Of a DNA stretch of 64,000 bases, positions 49,429 to 59,155 are shown one piece after another. The stretch is from the IMG/VR virus record IMGVR_UViG_3300006028_000003, positions 1 through 64,000 of that record; one strand, given 5' to 3'. The notes beneath the pieces were generated by a model that was not told the DNA's origin, did not search any database, and was given only the letters and a program-made list of their open reading frames with translations. Both the position numbers and the translations under genes were made by a program. The DNA is from a virus. The stretch's first letter is position 1; each line of letters begins with the position of its first letter.

Positions 49429-50652
49429 GTGCACATGGTTGATAGCAACGAAAAACCCAATGATATCAAAGACTTAGCCTATGATCCGCCCGCTGCTGCG
49501 GTAGAGTCCGCCTCTGAGCTAGCCAAGGTACGAGCGCTGATGCGGATAGCGTCACCTAAGCTAGGCGAGAGCTTCGCGGCCTGGCGTGGGGCGAAGGCCG
49601 ATGGCCTTGCGACGGTCGATAAGTCGTCTCCCGCGGCCCTTGGCGGAGCGCTCTCGTTACCGCGCGCTGCACTAGTAGACGCTTTGGCCCCGGAGCTAGA
49701 CCCCGTACGCAAGTTCCTTGCTCTCAGCGAGAGCCCGCGGACCGCGCAGACCATGGCTGAGGGGCTCGCGCGCATCGGCGCCCTCTACGGCATCGCGCCG
49801 CAAGACGTCGCTTGGCACCAGCTTCGGCGCCTGCACACGACGGACATGCGACTTCGATTGCAGCGCGCCTATAGCCCCCGGACGGTCAACGTAACCCTTT
49901 GCGCGCTTCGGGGGGTGCTCCGGTGCGCCTGGGAGGACGAGCTCATGACCGGGGAGGAGTACACGCGCGCCATCGGGGTCAAGAACATGAAGGTGCGCCG
50001 GCTACCGAAGGGGCGATGGCTCGGGGAGGACACCAAGCGTGTGCTCAACCACTGCCGGGCCCTAGGGCCAACCGCGAAGGATTGGCCGGGGAGCGCCTTC
50101 GGTTCGTTCTTGCTCGTCTCGTGCGCGCTCATGTTCGCAGCCGGGCTCAGGGCCTCCGAGGTCGCGTGCTTGACGGTCAACTCGTACGATCGCCGTACGA
50201 AGGAGCTTCGTTTTATCGGCAAGGGCGGTGACGAAGCAATCGTACCCCTCGGCGACGAGGTGATCGGCGCGTTGGAGGAATGGCTTAGTGTCCGCGCGGA
50301 GCTCGACCTAGGGGAGGGCATGCCCCTCATCGTTCGCGTCCGCAAAGACGGGAGCGTCAACCCCCGGACGGCGCTCTTGAACCGGCGGAAGCTAGAGCAC
50401 CTCTGTAAGCAGATAGCACGCAAGGCCCTCGGCGAGAAATTCTCCCCCCACGATCTACGCCGGACCTTTTGCACTGACATCCTCGATCGCGGAACGGATC
50501 TCGCGACAGCGCAGCGGCTTATGCGGCACAAGAGCCCGGCGACAACCGCGCTCTATGATCGGAGACCAATCGAAGCCGATGCGGCGGTCCGGCGCAAGAT
50601 GAATCTTTTCGAGCGCAAGCCGTCTGATGGAGAGGAGAAGGATAAAGCATGA
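49429..50652 (+). CDS. Tyrosine recombinase/integrase
   Basis: Catalytic set R (GLRASE), K (GKGG), HxxR (PHDLRRTF), H (MRHKS) and Y (TALYD); true start may be further downstream. Confidence 0.92.
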   Translation: MHMVDSNEKPNDIKDLAYDPPAAAVESASELAKVRALMRIASPKLGESFAAWRGAKADGLATVDKSSPAALGGALSLPRAALVDALAPELDPVRKFLALSESPRTAQTMAEGLARIGALYGIAPQDVAWHQLRRLHTTDMRLRLQRAYSPRTVNVTLCALRGVLRCAWEDELMTGEEYTRAIGVKNMKVRRLPKGRWLGEDTKRVLNHCRALGPTAKDWPGSAFGSFLLVSCALMFAAGLRASEVACLTVNSYDRRTKELRFIGKGGDEAIVPLGDEVIGALEEWLSVRAELDLGEGMPLIVRVRKDGSVNPRTALLNRRKLEHLCKQIARKALGEKFSPHDLRRTFCTDILDRGTDLATAQRLMRHKSPATTALYDRRPIEADAAVRRKMNLFERKPSDGEEKDKA

Positions 50653-52928
50653 AGCCGTTCGACCCCGAACATACTTTTCATCTCAATACGATGGCGGCCT
50701 TCGAACAGTACAAGGTCAACAGCAAGGACGCCCCTGAACCCGCTTTCGCGCATCGAGAGCGGATGCTTGTAGCGGCGCTCACTCGAATCGCTGATGAGCG
50801 CCTATCAGCTACTGAGATGCGGCGTACCGCCGTCGAGGGCTTAGCGCTCTGGGTACACCGCATGTCGCCGGAGATGCGAGAGCGCCTCGGGTTCCCGCGC
50901 GCCGATGATTCGGACGGAACATGAAGCCCATCGTCCAAGACGCCACCATGGCATTCAACGGCAGCAAAAAGACCGGCGCTATAGTGACCTGGATCCTTGA
51001 CCGGCAACTCTGCTACCGGTGGTTCGACACCCGCGCCGAAGCCGAGGCCTTCGCTGCTCTCAAAGCAGATGAAGCCAAGAAATCTGAAGGGTAATCCCGC
51101 TCGCCACTTCGTATGGGCTAAGGTAGATGCTCTCGCGAACGCCCACGTGGAGCTCCGCCGAGGTGTAGAGCCTTCCCGCCGGAGTCGGGGGCGGAAGCAA
51201 AGGCGGAGGTGCCCCCTGTAAAGCGAGGGCGAGGAGCGCGATCACGACGCTCTAGCGGCTTCGTCGAGCTCCAACGCGCGCCGCCCCGCAGCCGTGACGT
51301 GCCAGTAGCCATCATCGCCCCAGTAGCCCCAGCCCTCGGCGATGCAGCCCTCGAACGTAGCTTCTGAGACCGGGCCCTCACCAGGAAGCCCTATCTCTCG
51401 CAACGCCATTCGCTCTTGATCAGTTAGCTTCGCCATCCCTTGCGTCACGAACATCGCCGGCCGTTTCCCGCACCGCTTGCATTGCGTCGGGCCTCGGTAG
51501 ACGCCAAGTCGGATCTCATCGAGGGCAACGCAGCCCCCACAAGTGAGGCTCCGAGGCGCGGGCCCGATCGCAGATGCGTAAAACTTGCTCATGCTTCCTC
51601 ATCGTTTGCCGCGGCTAGCTCTCGCCAGCGCACCCAAGTTCCAACGGAGATCGAGACGACGAAGATTACCGAGAGCGCGGGATGCAATCTCCAGAGATCG
51701 ACCGAGACTGCCATCGCAGCGAGAAACATGGCGCAAAGCCAGGGGGTCATCGCCTCGCCTGGCAATTGGGCATCCGCTCGCCGCAGATCCAGCAGCGCCT
51801 ATGTTGTTGGATGATTCCTCGGGCCCACGCGGAGAAGCGGGCAACCCAAGGCGCAGGTGGGGCCTTCCGCCGAGGCGGCAAGGGCATCCGATAAACCGTC
51901 ACCGCATCGCCTTTGCGCGTTGCTCCGCCTCACCACGAAGGCCACGGACGTCATTGTCGAATAGCCGCTGGAGCAATTCTTCGGAAGGCTCTCGGCCCTC
52001 GGATGCTTCGACGGTCAACGCCGCAACGCGATCGTCGGTATCCCAAAGCTTCCGGGTCAGCTCCGCGTCTTGAAGCTCAGAGGGCGGGTTGGAGTGAATA
52101 CACCATCGGCCGTTCGCCTTCGGCGGGGAGATGCGACAGGCGCAGCACCGCTCAAACATCCGGTGGAAGTAGTGCCCTTGGCTGTAGTAGACCGCGATTG
52201 CGGAATGATGACTGCTACGAGCTTCCTCCTGAGCATGATCAGCGTCGGGGGTCACGAGATCAAACCCGGCAACATCCTGAAGCCAACGGCCGCCGTCGCC
52301 TTGGAAGGGCAGCCAGACTCCATAAAGCGCCGGCTTCATCGGCTCTGCTCCCGCTTCCATTTGGCGGCCTTCTGTACCGCCTGGTCTTTGACGCGCGCGC
52401 AGCTTTCCCCAAGGCCATCGGCGCGGTCGACCTTCGCTTTTTCGACGCCGCACTGTTTGCACTTGGTGGCGGGGGGCCGGGGGGAGAGGCGTCGCTTGAA
52501 GGAATCGCTACCCATTGTCGTTCTCCTGGTCTGGCTCTTCTTCGAAGGGGCTTTGGTAAGGCTCCCCCTTGCTCATCTTCTCGGCTGCATCGGCGGATTT
52601 GGTGAGAGCATCGGTGAGGTGATGCCCAAGCTCTGCGCCGCTCTTCAACACCGTCGAGATGGCGGCGGAGGCGGCCCGGCGGCCAATGCGGCCAAGCGCT
52701 GCCAAAAACTCTTGCGCGGGATCAGTCATGATGGGGCCTCAGGGCTTTTCGCATTCGGCTATAGGCTTCGGTCGCAGCACCACAAATCGCCATCGCCAAG
52801 GCGACCGCAAAGACGAAGGGCCAAAACCAAGGCCAATGCCGCGTCAGCCACCCAATCGTCGGGATCGAATTGCATCGCGAAGGTAACGATCGCGACGAGA
52901 AGCCAGACCCCGAAGAGGATGCTGAGGA

Positions 52929-53297
52929 TCATGGGGGAGAGAGCTTACAATCGGCCCCGCAAGCCGCAACGTCAGCCGGCACCAACACTTTGACCAAACA
53001 AGCTAGGTCATAGTGGTGGAAGCGAGGATCCGCGTTGACCTTGCAAATCGTCGCCGCACAATCGGAGAGCACAATGCAGCCAACGCGGTTCATCGCATCG
53101 CAGGCGCTTTGGCAATCGGCTACCGAAGCATCGGGGGGAACTGGTTTCGGCGCGGAGTCCTTTACCGCAGGTGGGGCCCCGACGTCGGCGGCATCAGAGC
53201 TTGGCGAGACCGGGCCGGGGTTCGGAGGGCAAGCGCTAATGAAAACCCCGATGGCCGCGAAAGCAACGAGGGGAATGGCTATCTCTCGGAGGATCAT
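52929..53297 (-). CDS. Cys-rich lipoprotein
   Basis: Leader MILREIAIPLVAFAAIGVFISAC, Pro-rich linker, C..AC motif. Confidence 0.6.
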   Translation of the reverse strand: MILREIAIPLVAFAAIGVFISACPPNPGPVSPSSDAADVGAPPAVKDSAPKPVPPDASVADCQSACDAMNRVGCIVLSDCAATICKVNADPRFHHYDLACLVKVLVPADVAACGADCKLSPP

Positions 53298-54223
53298 AGT
53301 TGCCTCACTGGGAAGAGGAGACAATCGCTCATCACCTTCGCCAAACAAGCGGCGGTGAGCTCGTAGCAACCCGGGGTCCAGAAGGGCGACGAGGGAGGCG
53401 GGTCTCCACTTGGCCAATCAGCTCCCCAAGAGTTAGGCCCCCCGAAAACGACCCCGCTCGGAGTGGTGTAGTAGTAGTCCAACGCAAGCCAATGGCCCCC
53501 GCCTTGCGGATCGTTGAGGTCGATGCTGTTGATCGGGCCTTGGGCCGGGGCCCAATTCATGAAGCCGCTATCGACGAAGATGCCGATCCCAGCCGTCGCC
53601 TTCGATGCGATAGAAGCTTGGATCTGCGCTGCAAAGTTGGGGTTCCTCTCGTCGATGCGATACTCCCCGGTGAGGAGCTTCAACCCGGAGGTTTCCAGAT
53701 CCAACAACGAGGGCTCATTGTTGACGTTGGGAACGATGGTAACTGGCGGGTAGAGGTTGAGGGCCGCAACGTCGTCGGGGCCCATGATGTCGGAGTAGCG
53801 GCCGTCGGGGGCCGGGGCCTGGATCGGGCTCACTCCGAATTGCCGGAGCACCGTCAAAAGGTCGGAAGGCATGGCCCCCGAGTCGGTAAGCGGCTGCGAC
53901 GCATCTTGCCGCTCGAGGATTCTAACGAGCGCGTAGCCGACACGTGGTGAGGGGACAAACGGGAGTGGGTTACCAGAAGCCGCCGCGGAGGTATAAACGG
54001 CTTGGGGGGTCCCGTGAAAAGTGCAGCTTCCGGTCGCGCCTTGGTTGAATAGCGGGGCCCGGAATGAAGCGAGGCTATCTTGCTGCGGGACCGTCGGAGA
54101 GGCCCCAAACCTCAGCGTCGAATCCTTCTGGCGCCTCTTGTGGTCCGCGTCGGGGATGTAGCCGAAGAACTTCCCGTTGAAGGCCTTCGCGATAGCTTCG
54201 TGCGCTGCGGTTCGGAAGGTCAT
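53294..54223 (-). CDS. Papain-like cysteine peptidase (C1A-like)
   Basis: NQGATGSCT (oxyanion Gln, catalytic Cys), GGHWL (His), PNSWG (Asn). Confidence 0.88.
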   Translation of the reverse strand: MTFRTAAHEAIAKAFNGKFFGYIPDADHKRRQKDSTLRFGASPTVPQQDSLASFRAPLFNQGATGSCTFHGTPQAVYTSAAASGNPLPFVPSPRVGYALVRILERQDASQPLTDSGAMPSDLLTVLRQFGVSPIQAPAPDGRYSDIMGPDDVAALNLYPPVTIVPNVNNEPSLLDLETSGLKLLTGEYRIDERNPNFAAQIQASIASKATAGIGIFVDSGFMNWAPAQGPINSIDLNDPQGGGHWLALDYYYTTPSGVVFGGPNSWGADWPSGDPPPSSPFWTPGCYELTAACLAKVMSDCLLFPVRQL

Positions 54224-54550
54224 CGCTTAGCCTTGGCCTTTCGCTTTGTCTTTGGCTTCAGCTTCTTCGGTGGCGCATAGGCCTCAACGGCCTTTACCAT
54301 CTCACGAAGGCGGCGAAGGGCCTCTTGCTTCGAGGTTGAGGACCACGTAACCTCCGCGATGGTTTCCCCCATAGCGGTCCGCACGGTGATCGTGACGCAA
54401 TCCTTTTTCATCGCTTAGGGGCCTTCTTCGGGGTTACGGGGGCTAAGGCGTCGATCGCCATCTTCGCGGCGAACGTCATCAAGGCGACGTCTTCCTTCGC
54501 GTGCTCAACGCAACGGACGGCGACGGCTTGAAGGTTTTGCGCGATCCGTT

Positions 54551-55162
54551 TCATTTTCGATGCGCTTCCGCCAACGGCCTCTCCTCCGCGAGCATCATCC
54601 GAGCCTGCGGAAGCACGTTCGCCGGAACATACCCCGCGTCGATGAGGAAGGTCAGAACGTCTTCCAACACGATCGCCACATCGGCCCCAGGCTGACCCGC
54701 GAGAGCGTTGCCGACGTCAACCTCGATCTGAGCGCGCGTCTTACCGGCGGCGAGGTCATCGAGCACCACCTGCTCGACCTTGGAAAACATCGCTTGTTGA
54801 GCGGGGGTACATCCGACGTCGCCGGCTATAGCGGCTCCGCCGAAGACCAAACCGAAGGCGATGACCAAACCCCCGAGGCCAAAACCAACGTTCCGCATCG
54901 CAGCGGGGGGCGGAGGCTTCGGAGTCGAGGTTCCTCCAGAAGCATTGGGTCCAACTGGGGGCGGCGGCGGGGTGATGTCCCCCCAGAGCTGCACCAAGTC
55001 CTCGATGGCGTTCGCGATGTGGCCCGACGGGATCGAGATGATCGCCGAGATGAACCGCGCCACGTTGGGGGCGAAGGGGCCGAGGAGGAATTTGTTGACG
55101 ATGGAGACCACCGCAATGAGGGCGGTCCAACCGGTGATGATTTGCGTCGGATCGAGCTTCAT
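54551..55162 (-). CDS. Membrane protein, holin-like candidate
   Basis: Two N-terminal hydrophobic segments, a Pro-rich linker and a third TM followed by VGC. Confidence 0.5.
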   Translation of the reverse strand: MKLDPTQIITGWTALIAVVSIVNKFLLGPFAPNVARFISAIISIPSGHIANAIEDLVQLWGDITPPPPPVGPNASGGTSTPKPPPPAAMRNVGFGLGGLVIAFGLVFGGAAIAGDVGCTPAQQAMFSKVEQVVLDDLAAGKTRAQIEVDVGNALAGQPGADVAIVLEDVLTFLIDAGYVPANVLPQARMMLAEERPLAEAHRK

Positions 55163-55472
55163 TGTTCGTCTCCTAGAAAAAGGCTCATGGCCCTTCGCTT
55201 GTTTTACTTCCCACTCCGCGCCGCGCCGCGCGGTTCTTCCCATCCGAAAGCTTCGGCCCACGTTTCAATCGCCCACGGAAGACTCCAGGGGGCGGCATTC
55301 AAAACCCGTCGCTCGTTACCGTGAAGGAACTCGGCAGCAGCCTTCACTAGATCGCGGGTCGCCTCATCAATGCCCGAGTTGATCAAAACGCTGAGGCGTC
55401 GGAATTGCTCCGCGCGGATGGCTTCGATTCCGCGAAGGCCTCCGTAGCGTCGCAGCCGCCGGCTCGAGAGGT

Positions 55473-55763
55473 TCATTCCTCGACCACCCCTAGAATGCTA
55501 TCGTCGTGCATCGACAAGAGCTCAACCCCGTCGATCTTCACCTTCGGGAAAGGATCCTGCGCGCTGAAGACCACCCGATCTCCAGGTTGCACGGCCGGCA
55601 TCGGGTAGCGGGTTCCATCTTTCAAGAGCAACCCAGGCCCCATGAAAACGACCACCCCGGTTCCGGCCGGCTTCTTTGCGCGCTCGGGGATGATAAGGCC
55701 TCCTTTGGTCACTCCTTCAGGCTCATCGGGGCGGATGAAGATGCGATCACCGAGCGGCTTCAT
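55473..55763 (-). CDS. groES: Co-chaperonin GroES (Cpn10)
   Basis: MKPLGDRIFI, TKGGLIIP..AK, G.VV..GPG, V.PGDRV, ILGVVE. Confidence 0.92.
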   Translation of the reverse strand: MKPLGDRIFIRPDEPEGVTKGGLIIPERAKKPAGTGVVVFMGPGLLLKDGTRYPMPAVQPGDRVVFSAQDPFPKVKIDGVELLSMHDDSILGVVEE

Positions 55764-55945
55764 TGGGCCTCCCTTCAAGGTAAATATCGATCACCGGATC
55801 GCCCGGAACCTCCGTAGCGCTCCCATAAAGGCCGGGGGGCCTCATGGCCTTGAGCGTTGCTTCGAGGGCCCCCACCCGTCGCGCGAGAGCGTTGGAATAC
55901 TTCATCTCGAGCTCGAGGCATTTCGCCATCGTGTCGAGGCGTTCT

Positions 55946-56164
55946 TCAACCGTTGCCATTTTTCCCCTTTCGTAGGCCGCCGCGACGGCCGATTTCGACC
56001 ATGTGCTCTCGCGAGTGTGTCTTGCCGCCCTTCTTGCCGGCGACCTTGGCCTCTTCGCTCGTGAAGCGTCGGCCCCGACCGCTCGCCTGGGCCGCTTTAC
56101 CGCCCTGACTCGCGATTTCCCGTTGGCGCTCGGGATCCATGCCCGCAAAGCCTCGCTTGCTCAT
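55946..56164 (-). CDS. KGG-repeat stress-induced protein, copy 2
   Basis: RGFAGMDPERQREIASQGG, FTSEEAKVAGKKGG, REHMVEIGRRGG. Confidence 0.85.
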   Translation of the reverse strand: MSKRGFAGMDPERQREIASQGGKAAQASGRGRRFTSEEAKVAGKKGGKTHSREHMVEIGRRGGLRKGKNGNG

Positions 56165-56172
56165 TGGAGAGC

Positions 56173-56200
56173 AAGCTAACGCATCAGGGAGCGAAGTCAA
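56173..56200 (-). promoter_or_regulatory. Possible sigma70-type promoter TTGACT-N16-TAGCTT
   Basis: Intergenic, just upstream of the KGG/GroES operon; single instance. Confidence 0.35.
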
Positions 56201-56221
56201 TAGCCGTAATCAGCCCCGGCC

Positions 56222-56815
56222 TTAGACAACGACGACTTGGCGCATGAGCTTACCGCCCCCGGCCCCGACCGTCAGAGTCCCGTCGCCCGTAGCGGCTGCT
56301 TTGACCGTCAGTACGCGAGATCCGGCTGCGGGCCCCACTTCAACAGCCCATGCAGCTGAGACTGCGGTAGCGCCGCCTGCATAACCCTGCTCTATCGGGC
56401 CGCCGATCACCGAAACACCATCGATCTGAATGTCGAGCTCCAACGCACCACCGGCTGAGCTTCCGGCGACGCCAGCAGCGACGTAGCCGGTGATGATGAT
56501 GCTCTGCCCGGCCACGATCGTTACCGTCGCGGTGGCAACAGTTGCAAGCGATCCCGTCAGAACAACGGGGGCGCCGTTACTGGACGATCCAGTCGAGACC
56601 AGGTTTGCGGGGCCGGTGGGACCAGTAGCGCCGGTTCCCCCAGGGCCAGTCGCTCCCGTTGCTCCGGTAGGCCCCGTCGCGCCGGAACCAGCGGGGCCCG
56701 TTGGACCAGTCGCACCAGAAGGACCCCCTGGCCCAGTCGCTCCGGCGCCACCCGGAGGGGTTCCGACGGATGTTGCGATTGTGCCGACGTAGGTGCTGTA
56801 GGGGATAGGGGGCAT
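56222..56815 (-). CDS. Short collagen-like fibre with beta-sandwich head
   Basis: About 14 G-[PA]-[TS] triplets; head similar to that of 32803-33654. Confidence 0.75.
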   Translation of the reverse strand: MPPIPYSTYVGTIATSVGTPPGGAGATGPGGPSGATGPTGPAGSGATGPTGATGATGPGGTGATGPTGPANLVSTGSSSNGAPVVLTGSLATVATATVTIVAGQSIIITGYVAAGVAGSSAGGALELDIQIDGVSVIGGPIEQGYAGGATAVSAAWAVEVGPAAGSRVLTVKAAATGDGTLTVGAGGGKLMRQVVVV

Positions 56816-56837
56816 GGTTTTTCCGTCGGTCCGGGTT

Positions 56838-57305
56838 TTACAGATCCGCGACTACAATCGTCGCGTCGCCGGTGAGAATTTGCGCGGTGTGACCACCGCC
56901 AATTGACGCCCTGACCCCGTAGGTATGGGAGGCGCCGGGGGCCGGAGTGTCGATGAAGGTGGCGGCCCCGAATGCTTTGACGCTCCCGGTTGCGGTTCCT
57001 GCGCTCACCTCGGAGGTGCCGCCGACTGGGGTGGTTCCATCGCGGAAGATCTGAACGGTTACCGCGTCACCGTCGGCTAGGGTTCCGGGGGCGACGCTGA
57101 TCGTTCCAACGACCAACACCTTGCCGGTTCCGGAAATAAACGCACTCGAGTCCCACTCCACCGTTGCGCCGGGCCCGATGGGAGCGGCGTTGGTCTGGCT
57201 CAGGTTGTTACCGGAGGGGCTTCCCGACGCGCCGCGCCCGAGGGCACCGAGGATCGAGGTGTAGGCCTTGTTAGCCAGAGCGGTAACGGATTTCATGGGG
57301 ATCAT
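56838..57305 (-). CDS. Putative virion structural beta-sandwich protein
   Basis: VQIFRDG and FIDTP.PG.SHTYGV; located in the virion-type operon. Confidence 0.55.
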   Translation of the reverse strand: MIPMKSVTALANKAYTSILGALGRGASGSPSGNNLSQTNAAPIGPGATVEWDSSAFISGTGKVLVVGTISVAPGTLADGDAVTVQIFRDGTTPVGGTSEVSAGTATGSVKAFGAATFIDTPAPGASHTYGVRASIGGGHTAQILTGDATIVVADL

Positions 57306-57799
57306 CCTCGGCGGCGGTTTTTCTTCCAGTAAAGGTAGCCGAAAACACCGGCGGTCGCGACTCCAGCTCCGATGAGAGCAAACGGAATCATGTTCGACGG
57401 TGGGGGGTTCGTAGGAACAGTCGGAGTTGGGGTCGGCGGTGTCGGGGTTGGTGCCGGAGGCACAACGGGGGGGACAACGGGGGGAGCCGGGGGAATGACC
57501 GGAACAACTGGCGGAGCGACACTAGGGGTGAAGCAATCCGGGGGCGCGGTCCCCTGCCCGAGGGTGCTCATCACGAATTGCAGCGCCCCGCGGGTTAGCG
57601 GCCCATACTTCCCGTCTTCAACGAGCGGGTTGTTTGGGTTAGCCAGGTTCCATTGCACCTGGAAGTCATGGCATTCCGGAAAGGGTTGCTGGGTGCAAGG
57701 ATTGCCCGAAAGCCAGCCGATCAGATCAGCGGCGGTCTGCGCGAGGGGCGTTGGCGGAAGATCCGGTTGCCCAAAAGCCAGTCGAGGCATCCAACTCAT
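57302..57799 (-). CDS. Peptidoglycan-binding-like membrane protein 1
   Basis: FQ..WN...LVEDGKYGPLTRGAL (PG_binding_1-like), Pro-rich stalk, TM, KKNRRRG tail. Confidence 0.7.
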   Translation of the reverse strand: MSWMPRLAFGQPDLPPTPLAQTAADLIGWLSGNPCTQQPFPECHDFQVQWNLANPNNPLVEDGKYGPLTRGALQFVMSTLGQGTAPPDCFTPSVAPPVVPVIPPAPPVVPPVVPPAPTPTPPTPTPTVPTNPPPSNMIPFALIGAGVATAGVFGYLYWKKNRRRG

Positions 57800-58341
57800 C
57801 GATGATGCTTCTTCCGCTTCCAGGCCCAGTAAATCAAGCCGGCTCCGAGAACCGCGGCACCGCCGATGATGACGGGGGTTGGAATCCCAGTGGCTCCGGC
57901 GGGGGTAATGGCCGTCGGAGTCGTTGGAGCCGGCGCGGGGGGCTCGTCAGGTTGCGGCGTCGTAGGCACCACGTCGCTGAAAACATTCTGGGGCGCCAAC
58001 TGCGAAGGCCCGATGACGTTGTTCAACGCAACCTGAGTGTTGGGCCCATATTGGCCGTCAACAGTAAGGCTCCCAGGCAACCCGGAGCTATTGTAGGCGC
58101 TCTGGAAAGCAGAGACTTGCGGAACCGAATCTCGCGAAGGGGCATTGGTGGCAAAGAAGGCCATCAGATCCGCCGCCGCCGATTGCGCCGCGGGGAGGTC
58201 ACCAAAGCCGGATCCACCCGCAAGGCCTTGGCTATAGGTGATCCCGTTAGCAGCAACCCACCAAGTTTTTTCGACTAGCATCGGAGTTGCTCCGAGGCCG
58301 AAGGGGCCACTTCCGAGGGGAGCTTTGATCCAAGTTTTCAT
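57796..58341 (-). CDS. Peptidoglycan-binding-like membrane protein 2
   Basis: FQSAYN...LTVDGQYGPNTQVAL, Pro/Thr stalk, TM, KRKKHHR tail. Confidence 0.7.
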   Translation of the reverse strand: MKTWIKAPLGSGPFGLGATPMLVEKTWWVAANGITYSQGLAGGSGFGDLPAAQSAAADLMAFFATNAPSRDSVPQVSAFQSAYNSSGLPGSLTVDGQYGPNTQVALNNVIGPSQLAPQNVFSDVVPTTPQPDEPPAPAPTTPTAITPAGATGIPTPVIIGGAAVLGAGLIYWAWKRKKHHR

Positions 58342-59148
58342 TTACATCTCCACCACGAGGGAAACACCGACCCGCCAATATCGAGGGCGCCCGCCTTCGT
58401 CGCTGCCGAAGTTGCCGATGAAGTTCTCCTCGAGAGGAAGGCCAAGCGCTGGAGTCAACGCGGGGTAGGCTCCGGAGCTTTGCTTCACGCTGATGAAGAA
58501 CGCGATGGTGTCGGGGCCTTCAACGGTGATGTCGAGGCTACGCCAGGCGCCGTGCGTTCGCTGTTGGGTCCGGAGGTCGAAGAAGGTGGAGTGGTTCCCT
58601 TGGCTAAGGGGGGTTCCCCAGGGGCGGCCCAACATCGGCGGTTGGTAGGAAGTGAGCTGGGTGTAGATCCGGTTCCCTGCGGCGATAGTGTATTTGTTGT
58701 AGAGGAGGCAAGGGCCATCAGCCCAAAGCCGCTTGAAGCTATTCAAGTCAAGCGGGGTCGGATCGGTCAGGGGATACCCGGAGTTATTCGGGGGCCCGAG
58801 TCGATGCATGTGCCAAGAAATGTTGCCGTCGGGCAACCGGAAGTTGGGGGAGATGATCTCCTGCTCGACGAATCGAGTCGGAGAAGTTGCAACCCCAAGG
58901 GAGGCAAATTGCCGGTAGCCAACGATGCGAGCAACCCCGCCTTCGCCAAGGCTGAAGGAGGCCCCCAAGAAAAGATACCGGGAGGCCTTATCCGAGGTCG
59001 CAAGGGTTGGGACCCTCAAGCCGAAGGAGGAGGCCCCGCCGAAGGGGTCTCCGCCTTGAGCTTGCAAGAACTCATCGAGGCCGGTGGTCTCAAACTCCGA
59101 GACGCGCCGGCTCCCTCTGAGTAGTTCGGGGTTGAGGGGCTGCACCAT
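58342..59148 (-). CDS. Hypothetical protein, candidate capsid or penton component
   Basis: 268 aa, soluble, alternating hydrophobic beta-strand patterns; function inferred from position only. Confidence 0.45.
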   Translation of the reverse strand: MVQPLNPELLRGSRRVSEFETTGLDEFLQAQGGDPFGGASSFGLRVPTLATSDKASRYLFLGASFSLGEGGVARIVGYRQFASLGVATSPTRFVEQEIISPNFRLPDGNISWHMHRLGPPNNSGYPLTDPTPLDLNSFKRLWADGPCLLYNKYTIAAGNRIYTQLTSYQPPMLGRPWGTPLSQGNHSTFFDLRTQQRTHGAWRSLDITVEGPDTIAFFISVKQSSGAYPALTPALGLPLEENFIGNFGSDEGGRPRYWRVGVSLVVEM

Positions 59149-59155
59149 CGCGGTC

